37,858 bases of DNA from a virus (Duplodnaviria; Caudoviricetes). The translations under genes and the position numbers were made by a program. Where the stretch lies: IMG/VR virus record IMGVR_UViG_3300050161_000085, positions 1 through 37,858 of that record; one strand, written 5' to 3'. Shown here one piece after another: positions 18,008 to 26,789 of the stretch (within the stretch, counting starts at the first letter, position 1; each line of letters opens with the position of its first letter). Under the pieces are notes generated by a model. It had not been told where the DNA came from, did not search any database, and was given only the letters and a program-made list of their open reading frames with translations.

Positions 18008-20485
18008 ATGAAGCCGAATTGTATTGCCCAGGTGAGTGCAGCGGCGGGCCGGGCGCTTACGGATGCCCAGATCAAGGCCATTGATGACCGCATCAACAGT
18101 ACCATGCGACGCCTCGCCCGGCAAGACCCGGCAGGGTGGCTGGCCAAGCCGATTGACCAGCGGGTAACCGAAGCCGCGAAGCTGGCCATGCAGGACATTC
18201 AGGCCGAATCAGCCCGCAAGGTTGACAACGCGCAACGCCAGGTGATGGCGACGATTGCCACGACGGACCGCATTGCCGCTCTGAAAACAAACATGGATGT
18301 TGGCCAGAGCCGGGCGCTGACGGAGGACCTGAACAACACCAGCTTTTACATCACCGGGATCAAAAACCAGTATGCCGCCGGTTTGATGGACCTGATCGAC
18401 ACCGTGAACAGCACGGAAGGTGCCAGTGCCATGCGCCGGGTGGCAATGTTCCTGTTTGACGCCGAAAACCCGCAGATGACCCGTGACCTGGTGGCTGAGA
18501 TATTCGCCAACGGCAAGGGCGGGACAGGTAACAAGGTGGCATCCAGCGGTGCGCAGGCATGGCTCAAGACGATAGAAACCATGCGCGAGCGCTTCAACGC
18601 GGCCGGGGGCGACGTGGGAAAGCTGGATTACGGCTACCTGCCCCAACCCCATGACAGCGCCCGCGTGCGCAATGCCGGTGCCGATGCGTGGGCCAGCAAG
18701 ACCCTGCCGCAACTGGACCGCAAGCAGTATGTAAGAGAAGATGGCAGCATCATGAACGACGGCGAGGTGCTGGACGTGCTCCGATCCGCTTGGGAGACAC
18801 TGGCCACGGACGGCATGAACAAGCAGGAGCCGGGCGCATTCAAGGGTCCGGGCGCACGGGCGAACCGGGGATCTGATTCGCGGGTGCTGCACTTCAAAGA
18901 CGGCGAGTCGTATCTGGCCTATAACGCCGAGTTTGGATCAGGCAGCATGTACGACGCCATGATTTCGCATATCGGCGGCATGGCTAAAAACATCGGGCTG
19001 GTGGAGCGGATGGGGCCCAACCCGAACCAGCAATTCAGGCTGCAAAACGACATGGCCGAGCGCATGGATCAAGGCGCGAAGCGATCCTTCGGCAACAAAC
19101 CGCAGGCGTATTGGGACATTGTGAGCGGCACCACGGGGTCACCCGAAAGCGCACGCCTTGCCGCCATCGGGCAGCATATCCGCAATATCCAGACTTTCGG
19201 CAAACTGGCCGGCGCGGTGGTTTCCAGCATCACGGATGTGGGTTCTATCGCGGTAACGGCGGGTTTCAACAAGCTGAACTATTGGGACTTGCTGACCAAC
19301 ACCATGACCGCAGGCGGCAAAGATGCCAAGGCATTTGCCAACGCCCACGGCATGATTGCTGAAAGCATGATCAACGACTTGAACCGCTGGCAGGGCGAGA
19401 ACATCGCCAACAACTGGAGCGGTCGGCTGGCCAACAGCACCATGAAGCTGTCGCTGATGAATGCATGGACCGACACCATGCGGCGCGGTTTCAGCCTGAC
19501 CATGCAAGCGGGCCTCGGGAAGCTGTCTGGCACAAAATGGGCCGACCTGACAGCATGGGACCGCAAACATCTGGGCAGAAAAGGCATTGACGAGGCCGAT
19601 TGGGATGTGATCAATCAGGCGCAGCTCTCCGACTACCGCGGCCAAAAGATGCTGACGCCTGAGGCCATTGCAGCCGGTGGTGACCCACGGGCCAGCGAAG
19701 TCACTGCCAAGGTGCTGGGCTTCATCACCGACGAAAGCGAGTATGCGGTGATCAACCCCGACTTATCCACAAAAGCGATCCAGACATGGGGCGGGCAACA
19801 AGCCGGGACAGGTGTGGGCGAACTGGCCCGCGCGACCATGCAATTCAAGTCGTTTCCCATTGCAATGATCTCCCGCCACTGGCGGCGCATGCTGGAGGCT
19901 GACAGCAAGCTGGAGGGCGCACCCGCACTGGCGAACAAAGCCGCCTATACAGCGGCCATGTTGCTGACGACAACCGCGCTCGGGGCAATTGCTTTTCAGA
20001 CCAAACAGATGATTTCCGGCAAAGACCCGGTGGACATGACGACGCCGAAATTCTGGAGCCGTGCCGCAGCACAAGGAGGCGGGGCAGGTTTTATCGGGGA
20101 TATTGTGCTGGGTGACACCACACAAGACCGCAGCCCGCTGGACTCACTCGGGCGCATGACGCTGGGGCCATCGTTTGGCAGTGCTGCCGATATTTGGGAA
20201 CTGACCAAGGGCAACATTGACGAGGCCAGAGCAGGCAAGGACACCCACGCGGGAGCCGAGGCGCTCAAGTTTGCACGCTCTCACCTTCCGTATGTAAATC
20301 TTTGGTACGCTAAGGCAGCACTCGATCACATGTTTATGTCTGCCGTGCAGGAGAACCTTTCCCCAGGCTATCTGGCACGCCAGAAACAGCGATCAATGAA
20401 GGAATGGAATCAAGGCTACTGGTGGGAGCCGACTGACGCCCTGCCGCAAGACGCACCCGATCTGAGCAAAATAGGAGGTAACTGA
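18008..20485 (+). CDS. Large ejection / internal virion protein (gp16-like)
   Basis: 825 aa; R.RFN.AGG.VG.L..GYLPQ.HD, QFKSFP, GG.G..GD motifs typical of podoviral DNA-transfer proteins. Confidence 0.8.
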   Translation: MKPNCIAQVSAAAGRALTDAQIKAIDDRINSTMRRLARQDPAGWLAKPIDQRVTEAAKLAMQDIQAESARKVDNAQRQVMATIATTDRIAALKTNMDVGQSRALTEDLNNTSFYITGIKNQYAAGLMDLIDTVNSTEGASAMRRVAMFLFDAENPQMTRDLVAEIFANGKGGTGNKVASSGAQAWLKTIETMRERFNAAGGDVGKLDYGYLPQPHDSARVRNAGADAWASKTLPQLDRKQYVREDGSIMNDGEVLDVLRSAWETLATDGMNKQEPGAFKGPGARANRGSDSRVLHFKDGESYLAYNAEFGSGSMYDAMISHIGGMAKNIGLVERMGPNPNQQFRLQNDMAERMDQGAKRSFGNKPQAYWDIVSGTTGSPESARLAAIGQHIRNIQTFGKLAGAVVSSITDVGSIAVTAGFNKLNYWDLLTNTMTAGGKDAKAFANAHGMIAESMINDLNRWQGENIANNWSGRLANSTMKLSLMNAWTDTMRRGFSLTMQAGLGKLSGTKWADLTAWDRKHLGRKGIDEADWDVINQAQLSDYRGQKMLTPEAIAAGGDPRASEVTAKVLGFITDESEYAVINPDLSTKAIQTWGGQQAGTGVGELARATMQFKSFPIAMISRHWRRMLEADSKLEGAPALANKAAYTAAMLLTTTALGAIAFQTKQMISGKDPVDMTTPKFWSRAAAQGGGAGFIGDIVLGDTTQDRSPLDSLGRMTLGPSFGSAADIWELTKGNIDEARAGKDTHAGAEALKFARSHLPYVNLWYAKAALDHMFMSAVQENLSPGYLARQKQRSMKEWNQGYWWEPTDALPQDAPDLSKIGGN

Positions 20486-20847
20486 TGCGACCCGATCAAT
20501 ACGAGAGACTGCAGGCGCTGCAGGAAAAGCTGGCTGATGTGGTTCTGGAGGAGGCCGACCCGGATTTGTGGCCTGGCGCTGGCCAGCCGCTGGCAGAGAT
20601 TACCCAGCAAGAACGCGGGGACCGCTACTGGTGCAAGAAGAACGCCGCCGCCTCGTTTGCCATCCTGGAGCGCACCACCTCAACCCTTGAGCGCCAGCCG
20701 TCCGGCTCGGCACCGCCCAAAGATGTGGAGGACGACATTGACAAGCAGATTGCCCGGCGCGAGAGGGAGGCGGGTGAATTGCTGGATCGCGCATTGAACA
20801 AGGCACGAAAGACTGCTTTTAATGACAAAGCCGCCCCCAAACGGTAA
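20485..20847 (+). CDS. terS: Terminase small subunit (putative)
   Basis: Helical 120-aa protein (EADP..WPG, RGDRYW.KKNA) directly upstream of and overlapping terL. Confidence 0.65.
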   Translation: MRPDQYERLQALQEKLADVVLEEADPDLWPGAGQPLAEITQQERGDRYWCKKNAAASFAILERTTSTLERQPSGSAPPKDVEDDIDKQIARREREAGELLDRALNKARKTAFNDKAAPKR

Positions 20848-22474
20848 AGCAACTTTACTGGCATTCTTCCTCGAATGGGCGGCTCTCAAACGATGGGAAG
20901 TGCCAGCCATCCATGTGCGGGCTTGTTATTGGCTGGAGCACTGCGGTGATCTTGCCGTTCTGCGGTGTTTCCGGGGGTTTGGTAAGTCGTCTTTGCTGGG
21001 CATCTACAACTCATGGCGCTATTACAACGATCCCACGTATCGCATCTTGCACCAGGGTGCTGATGACCAGATGGCCTACAAGACCAGCCGGGATACACAG
21101 CACGTCTTGCGCAATCACCCGTGGACGCAGGGCATGCTTCCTTCCCGCCCTGGGCCGGTGGAACAATGGTGGGTTGAGGGCTCTGACGACGAGCGCAACG
21201 CATCCATGTTTGCCAAAGGCATCACCAGCACCACCACCAGCTCGCGGGCTGACGAGTGCCAGAATGATGACGTGGAAGTGCCGAAAAACATCCAGAACCC
21301 GGACGCGCGGGAAAAGATGCGCAACCGTTTAGGCGAGCAGGTGCACATCATGGTGCCCGGTGCGCGTCAGTTGTTTGTAGGGACACCCCACACGCATGAC
21401 AGCCTGTACGACGAGCAAGAGCGGCTGGGCGCTGATTGCCTGACTATCCGCATGTTTGAGGAAGAGTACCGCATTGAAAAGGCCGACGCACTGCGCTACG
21501 TGCTCCCGTTTGTGCCGGAGTACGTTTTCACCGGCATTGGTGAGCATGCCAAGGTTTTAACGGCGGGCAAAGATTTCACGATGGCAGGCAAGGCCATTAC
21601 GTTCATCAAGCCGCCCGGTGCGCTGGTTGATTTCTATGCTGGCTGCGCATGGCCTGAGCGGTTCAACTTCAAGGAAATGCAAAAGCGCCGACGCAAGACG
21701 CGCACGATCAACGAATGGGACAGCCAGTATCAGCTGCACTCCAAGCCGATTACCCAGATACGCCTGAACCCGGATCGGATCACGCCTTACGATCTGGAGC
21801 CCAAAGTGGTCAGGGCCAATGGCGGCATCAGCATGTGGCTGGGCAATGTGCGCATCGTTGGTGCTTCATTCCGGTGGGACCCGGCCAGCGGCAAGGTGAA
21901 CAGCGATGTGTCAGCCGGGGCGGTGTGCCTGCAGGACGAGTCCGGGCGGCGCTACCTTCACCGGGTTTTGGCCTTTACGGGTGACGTGGTGGAGTTTGCC
22001 ACCGATGGCAAAACCATCACGGGCGGGCAAGTGTTCCAGATATGCGACATGGTGCAGGCGCTGCAGCTTCCCCGCGTGACCGTGGAGAACAACGGCGTTG
22101 GAATCTTTGCGCCCGCCGTTCTGAAGGGGGCGCTGCGCCAACGACGGCTGATCTGCGGCGTGACAGAAATACCCAGCACGACCAACAAAAATGCCGGGAT
22201 TCTGGAAACTTTGGAGCCTTTGCTGATGGCTGACCGCCAGCTATGGGCGCATGTGGACGTGCTCAATGGGCCGCTGTGGGACCAGATGAAGGACTGGAAC
22301 CCTGCGGTGCGGAATCAGGCCGACGACTACCTGGACGCATCAGCCAAGGCCATTGCCGACACACCAGAGCGCATCCAGCGTGCCGCTACGTCAGATGGCT
22401 GGAATGCGCCAGAGGGTAGCGCCCAAACTTGGCAGCCACACGCAGGAGACATTGAGGTGCAGGTCGAGTATTGA
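20822..22474 (+). CDS. terL: Terminase large subunit (T7 gp19-like)
   Basis: Walker A FRGFGKS, RAD..NDDVE Walker B, GTPH coupling motif, nuclease WDPA and DDYLDA. Confidence 0.92.
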   Translation: MTKPPPNGKATLLAFFLEWAALKRWEVPAIHVRACYWLEHCGDLAVLRCFRGFGKSSLLGIYNSWRYYNDPTYRILHQGADDQMAYKTSRDTQHVLRNHPWTQGMLPSRPGPVEQWWVEGSDDERNASMFAKGITSTTTSSRADECQNDDVEVPKNIQNPDAREKMRNRLGEQVHIMVPGARQLFVGTPHTHDSLYDEQERLGADCLTIRMFEEEYRIEKADALRYVLPFVPEYVFTGIGEHAKVLTAGKDFTMAGKAITFIKPPGALVDFYAGCAWPERFNFKEMQKRRRKTRTINEWDSQYQLHSKPITQIRLNPDRITPYDLEPKVVRANGGISMWLGNVRIVGASFRWDPASGKVNSDVSAGAVCLQDESGRRYLHRVLAFTGDVVEFATDGKTITGGQVFQICDMVQALQLPRVTVENNGVGIFAPAVLKGALRQRRLICGVTEIPSTTNKNAGILETLEPLLMADRQLWAHVDVLNGPLWDQMKDWNPAVRNQADDYLDASAKAIADTPERIQRAATSDGWNAPEGSAQTWQPHAGDIEVQVEY

Positions 22475-22507
22475 GAACGTCCCTGCGCCACACTCTCAGA
22501 GGCGCAC

Positions 22508-23614
22508 ATGACCGTTCCAGTCCAAACCATTGTCAACAGCTACACGAGCGCTGGCACTTCGACTTTTGTTTACGGCTTTCAGATTCTGGATGCCAGCCAT
22601 TTGGTGGTGACCGTCAACGGCATCACCAAGACTCAAAACGTTGACTATGCCGTAACAGGCGTAGGTGTACAAGCAGGCGGCACGATCACCGGGCTGACAA
22701 CGGTAAACGGTGACAAGGTTATTTTGCGGCGACTGGTGCCATTACAGCGCCTGACCGATTACCAAAACAATGGCGACTTGCTGGCCCAGACGCTCAACCC
22801 CGATTTTGATTTGACATGGCAGGCCTTGCAGCAGGTCGATGAAAAAACCGGCAGGGCCTTGAGTCTGCCCATTGGAACATCAGTGAGTGCCACGCTGCCA
22901 ACGCCCGTTGGTGGCACCTTTCTGGGCTGGAGTGCATTGGGCGATGCCATCCAGAATTACGCAGGGGTTGCGACTTCCGCCGTGTCGGTTTTCATGGCCA
23001 CGGTGATGACGGCGGTTGATGCGGCGGCTGCGCGGTTGGCGCTGGGAGCCGCCAAGTCCGGCTTGGCCACGGGGTCTGGCCTGACGCAATCAACCGCGAC
23101 CATGCTGGGCCGTATCACAGCGGCAACCGGCGCTATTGAGGAGCTGACACCCGCACAAGTGGCCGCATTCACGGCATCCGCTACAACCTCAGCGCAGGGC
23201 GTATCCGAGCTGGCCACCACGGCAGAAACACAGACAGGATCGGACACCACAAGAACGGTGACGCCTGCGGGTTTGAAGGGCGCACTGCTGTTCTCAAAAA
23301 GTTTCCTTTCTGCTGACCAAACCGTTACAGCCAACAGCGTCCTGAACGTAGCGCACGGCCTTGCTGTAAAGCCTGTTTTTGTGCGTCTTTCGCTGAAATG
23401 CACAACGACAGAACTCAACTACGCCGTCAACGATGAAATTGAGTACAACCAATTTACCTATTCAGGCGTTGGCTATGTTCAGACGGTAAGCGATGCGACA
23501 AACGTGACCATCATCATCACGGGCGCAAACGTCGGCGTGATGAATAAATCCACCCAGACCATGACCAGCATCACGACTGCAAACTGGCGCTGGGTTGTGA
23601 GGGCATGGGCATGA
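22508..23614 (+). CDS. Tail fibre (T7-type N-terminal anchor)
   Basis: F.YGFQIL....L.V.VNG.....DY.V.G...R.TDY...GD....LN.DFD anchor; AT....G..ELAT..E..TG.D..R.VTP fibre repeat. Confidence 0.88.
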   Translation: MTVPVQTIVNSYTSAGTSTFVYGFQILDASHLVVTVNGITKTQNVDYAVTGVGVQAGGTITGLTTVNGDKVILRRLVPLQRLTDYQNNGDLLAQTLNPDFDLTWQALQQVDEKTGRALSLPIGTSVSATLPTPVGGTFLGWSALGDAIQNYAGVATSAVSVFMATVMTAVDAAAARLALGAAKSGLATGSGLTQSTATMLGRITAATGAIEELTPAQVAAFTASATTSAQGVSELATTAETQTGSDTTRTVTPAGLKGALLFSKSFLSADQTVTANSVLNVAHGLAVKPVFVRLSLKCTTTELNYAVNDEIEYNQFTYSGVGYVQTVSDATNVTIIITGANVGVMNKSTQTMTSITTANWRWVVRAWA

Positions 23615-23904
23615 TCTACTTTGTAGACAAGTCCGGTGCCTTCTACCTAGGCGACATGATCAAGGGCGACCGCGAAGCCACGCCTGACGAACTGACGGCT
23701 TACACAGCGGCTCAGGCAAAGCGCGATGCTGCGGCCACGATCAAGCTACTCGAACTGCAGGAACTCGCCCCGCGCTTTTTGCGTGAGTACATCTTGCTGA
23801 GTCTGGCCACACAGTTCACTCCCGCACAACTGGCGCTGAACGCGGCCTATGTGAAAGTGAAGGCGTTTGACGACCAAATCAAAGTGCTGAGGGCGAAGCT
23901 GTGA
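23611..23904 (+). CDS. Putative tail fibre assembly chaperone
   Basis: ATGA-coupled to the fibre gene; small, with helical C-terminus. Confidence 0.55.
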   Translation: MIYFVDKSGAFYLGDMIKGDREATPDELTAYTAAQAKRDAAATIKLLELQELAPRFLREYILLSLATQFTPAQLALNAAYVKVKAFDDQIKVLRAKL

Positions 23905-24188
23905 TCTGGCTTATCCTGTTCCTGACCTTCCCCACGGTTTGGCTGGCGCTGACGTTTCAGACCGCGCTGCTTCACCGTGAGCGCGTGGCCTACCTGATAG
24001 CCGCAGGACTAGCCGATGTGCTGGCGAACTATGGCGGGCTGGCACTGCTGTTTTACGACTGGCCGCAGCGTGGTGAGTGGACATTCTCCAAACGATTACC
24101 CAGGCTGTGCAATCTGCCCGGCTGGCGTGGCCGATTTGCCCGGCGCTGCAAGGTTTACATCAACTCCAAAGTACCCGGCCACATATGA
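23901..24188 (+). CDS. Hypothetical membrane protein
   Basis: GTGA overlap; hydrophobic N-terminus; D.LAN...E.TFS.RL motif. Confidence 0.65.
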   Translation: MIWLILFLTFPTVWLALTFQTALLHRERVAYLIAAGLADVLANYGGLALLFYDWPQRGEWTFSKRLPRLCNLPGWRGRFARRCKVYINSKVPGHI

Positions 24189-24442
24189 CACCAGAAGAAC
24201 GCGCCCAATTTGTAGCCGACATCGCGGAAGCGATAAACGACACGATCCCGTCACCCCTGAGCCTTGAAGAGGCGCAATGGGTACGCATGGCAATCAAACG
24301 CGAGGCGCAGAGCATTGCTTTCAGACAAGCCGTGATTGAAAAGACCACGGGGGCCCTGATCATTGCGGCCATGCTGGCAGTGGGCGGGTTTGTGTGGACC
24401 GTGCTCAGGGAATACGGGATTACGCACGGGTGGAAGCCATGA
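24185..24442 (+). CDS. Single-TM lysis-cassette protein (holin/antiholin-like)
   Basis: ATGA overlap; C-terminal TM helix; upstream of the endolysin. Confidence 0.6.
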   Translation: MTPEERAQFVADIAEAINDTIPSPLSLEEAQWVRMAIKREAQSIAFRQAVIEKTTGALIIAAMLAVGGFVWTVLREYGITHGWKP

Positions 24443-24672
24443 AACACACCGGCAAAGTGCAGGGTGCCATTGCCTTCGTGATCCTGTTCGGGTTCTTTGC
24501 AACCCTCTACGGCCTGATCAATTCCAAGGTGGAGGCGGGCGGTATGCGCGATGCCCTGCTGATCATGGTCGGCTCACTCGGGACGATGGCGACCTCAATC
24601 GTGGGCTACTACTTTGGTAGCTCCAGCGGATCGGCTCGCAAAGACGAGATTATGGCGAAGGGTAACCCATGA
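24439..24672 (+). CDS. Holin (2 TM)
   Basis: Two TM helices and GYYFGSS.GS motif; ATGA overlaps on both sides. Confidence 0.75.
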   Translation: MKHTGKVQGAIAFVILFGFFATLYGLINSKVEAGGMRDALLIMVGSLGTMATSIVGYYFGSSSGSARKDEIMAKGNP

Positions 24673-25094
24673 ACATTTCAACCCATTTCACCCTAGACGA
24701 ACTGACTTTCAGCCAAACGGCAGCACGGTTGGGCATGTCGAACGAGCCGCCACCCGAAGTATTGTTTGCCCTCAAAAAGACTGCGCTTGGGCTGGAAATG
24801 GTTCGCGCACTGGTGCAGGCTCCCATTGTCATCAGCAGCGGCTACCGTTCACCCCACGTTAACCGCTTGGTGGGCGGCTCCAAAACCAGCCAGCACATGA
24901 CCGGCGAGGCGGCAGACATCACGGCCCCCGGTTTCGGCACGGCTGAAAAGCTGGTGCGGGCGATTGTGGGCAGCGCGATCCCATACGACCAGTGCATTCT
25001 GGAGTTTGGCCGCTGGTGCCACATCTCGTTCAGCGATGCGCCACGGCGTCAGGCGCTGGTGATTGACAACCTTGGCACGCGGGCGCTGGCATGA
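24669..25094 (+). CDS. Endolysin, peptidase M15 family
   Basis: HFTL.EL, SSGYRS..VN..VGG...SQH..GEAAD and W.HIS zinc-binding motifs. Confidence 0.92.
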   Translation: MNISTHFTLDELTFSQTAARLGMSNEPPPEVLFALKKTALGLEMVRALVQAPIVISSGYRSPHVNRLVGGSKTSQHMTGEAADITAPGFGTAEKLVRAIVGSAIPYDQCILEFGRWCHISFSDAPRRQALVIDNLGTRALA

Positions 25095-25564
25095 GCATTC
25101 TCGCCAAACTGGTGATCTGCCTCGCCATCTTCGGGTTTGGAATCGCAGGCGGCATCAAGTGGCACGCCGGACAGGATGCCATTGAAAAAAACGAGCGCCT
25201 TGAAAACGAGCGCGAAGTTCAACGCGGCAACCGCGCCACCGAAAAAGCCAATTCTGACAACGTGATAGGAGCAATCAATGAAGCCCGTAAACGTGAAACC
25301 GCTGCAAAAGTGCTTGCTAACAATCTGCGTACTGAGTCTGGCGGGCTGCGCGACGACCTCGCCGACCTCCGGAAACGGTTGCCCAGCTCCACCCTTGATG
25401 CCTGCCGCCAGTACAGCACAACCCTCTCAACCGTATTTGAGCAGTGTGCAGGAAACCTTGAAAGCCTGGCGGGCAAAGCTCAAGGACACGCCAGTGACAC
25501 CCTGACACTGGAGCAGGCATGGCCCAAGCCATCGACATCCTCAAAGCCTACCGCACCAGACTAA
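25091..25564 (+). CDS. Rz: Inner-membrane spanin
   Basis: N-terminal TM helix followed by periplasmic coiled coil; follows the endolysin. Confidence 0.8.
   Translation: MSILAKLVICLAIFGFGIAGGIKWHAGQDAIEKNERLENEREVQRGNRATEKANSDNVIGAINEARKRETAAKVLANNLRTESGGLRDDLADLRKRLPSSTLDACRQYSTTLSTVFEQCAGNLESLAGKAQGHASDTLTLEQAWPKPSTSSKPTAPD
25278..25505 (+). CDS. Rz1: Embedded outer-membrane lipoprotein spanin
   Basis: In the +1 frame inside Rz; GGAG RBS; lipobox LAGC; Pro-rich mature part. Confidence 0.85.
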   Translation: MKPVNVKPLQKCLLTICVLSLAGCATTSPTSGNGCPAPPLMPAASTAQPSQPYLSSVQETLKAWRAKLKDTPVTP

Positions 25565-25588
25565 AAGCGGCGGGCAAACTTGAGCAGG

Positions 25589-25744
25589 TCAAGACGGTAG
25601 AGCGGTGCATGGTGCTGATTCGTCAATCAACCGCTTCACCCAACGTGCCCCGCCTAACTCCAGGAACTTGAGCCGCTGGGCCTCGGTCAGGCGAAGCATA
25701 ACGGGCGTTGTCGGGGTGGCTTTAGGGCGTCCGCGTTTCCCCAC
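25589..25744 (-). CDS. Small ribbon-helix-helix-like DNA-binding protein
   Basis: KRGRPK...V.LRLTEAQR.KF..LGG.RWV.RLID. Start uncertain: GTG 25744, ATG 25852, or frameshift fusion. Confidence 0.65.
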   Translation of the reverse strand: MGKRGRPKATPTTPVMLRLTEAQRLKFLELGGARWVKRLIDESAPCTALPS

Positions 25745-26316
25745 TGTTGGGCCATTGCCTGCGCTATTCCCTGATACGTTGCGCTTCGGATTTTCCAGCG
25801 GTCTTTGCTGGGTGCCAGCTTGTTTTGGCCGCTTGCTGTCTGGTTGTCCCATCGTTTGCTTTCAGGTAATGGCAGGATGTTTGTCGGCTTTAATGGCGGC
25901 AAACCCTTGAGCCATAGGCATGTCGCCTTGCTTTCAGGGTGCCCATACCGCCACGGCTGAATGATCTGATCCGGCTTGCGTATTTTGGTGCTGATGATAC
26001 TCACCGGGTTTTCCAGCGCCCACGCCGGGATATTGCATTCCATCAGGCGGCGCACAAAATCAAGCGCGTCCTCTGTCAACTTTGGGTCGCGCAGGCCGCG
26101 AGTGGTCCAGTGCATTCCAGAGACTGATAGGTAGGTGCATGGCGGGTGAAATATGGCCAAGTCCCAGCCATCGTCGATCACATCAAACACGCTTCCCTGA
26201 TAATGCGGCCCCGGCCTATCGCATGGGAGCAGGTCGCAGGACATGGCATCGTGCCCGGCTTCAATAAAAGCATCGCGGCCAATGCCGGACGAAGCGCAGC
26301 CGATCAGGACACGCAT
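25687..26316 (-). CDS. DNA cytosine-C5 methyltransferase-like protein (copy 1)
   Basis: HPPC (motif IV) and ALENP (motif VI); degenerate SAM motif CASSG; start at MRVL, overlapping the upstream ORF. Confidence 0.8.
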   Translation of the reverse strand: MRVLIGCASSGIGRDAFIEAGHDAMSCDLLPCDRPGPHYQGSVFDVIDDGWDLAIFHPPCTYLSVSGMHWTTRGLRDPKLTEDALDFVRRLMECNIPAWALENPVSIISTKIRKPDQIIQPWRYGHPESKATCLWLKGLPPLKPTNILPLPESKRWDNQTASGQNKLAPSKDRWKIRSATYQGIAQAMAQQWGNADALKPPRQRPLCFA

Positions 26317-26573
26317 GGCTCTACGTCGAACTTGTAGCCATACAGCCAAGACATTGATTTGGCCATCGATTGAGCGGCCAGCAGGTTTTCAAATGTCCCA
26401 GCCTCTTTTTGGTTGTCTGTAATTTCTACTTCGGGCTCTTCCGCAATGTTTGCCGAGTAGACCGGGTTTTTGAATGCGCGAGAAACAACCATGAATTTGC
26501 CGCCGGACTGCTGGCGAAGGGCGTTAACGGTCGTTACATGAAAATTAACTACTGGATGGCTGGATACTTGCAT
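26304..26573 (-). CDS. Hypothetical protein, first gene of methyltransferase cassette
   Basis: ATG at 26573 with AAGGAG RBS, immediately downstream of a promoter. Confidence 0.75.
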   Translation of the reverse strand: MQVSSHPVVNFHVTTVNALRQQSGGKFMVVSRAFKNPVYSANIAEEPEVEITDNQKEAGTFENLLAAQSMAKSMSWLYGYKFDVEPCVS

Positions 26574-26586
26574 TTCTAACTCCTTG

Positions 26587-26627
26587 TGTTGATGTATTAA
26601 TTGTATATCAACAAATAGAATTGACAA
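26587..26627 (-). promoter_or_regulatory. Sigma70 promoter (TTGTCA-N16-TACAAT) with overlapping inverted-repeat operator
   Basis: -35 at 26627-26622, -10 at 26605-26600; IR TGTTGATGTA / TATATCAACA (26587-26613, 9/10 match); AT-rich. Confidence 0.7.
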
Positions 26628-26654
26628 GTGTTTATGCTACCGTTCGTCGGAAAG

Positions 26655-26789
26655 TTAACAATGGCTTTGCCTTTTGTGTTGATCAAGACCTGTCCAGTCA
26701 AAAAACGTAGCTGCATAGCCGTTACACCCTTGGCAAGACAATGCGGTGTTCTCGCAGCATCCGCAGTTTTCACATTGAAACAGGCTCAC
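26655..26789 (-). pseudogene. Cys-rich 44-aa ORF, probably truncated
   Basis: GTGA-coupled MSLFQCENCGCCENTALSCQG...FDW.G; stops just before the AT-rich cassette promoter. Below the ORF-track cutoff. Confidence 0.5.

Noticed and set aside
660-22536. Many long minus-strand ORFs (e.g. 660-1460, 7575-8555, 10573-11418, 15842-16618)
   Set aside because: Antisense shadows of GC-rich + strand genes, with no motifs or RBS.
22508-25600. Diversity-generating retroelement, as in BPP-1
   Set aside because: No reverse transcriptase or Avd ORF, and no TR/VR repeat pair seen near the fibre genes.
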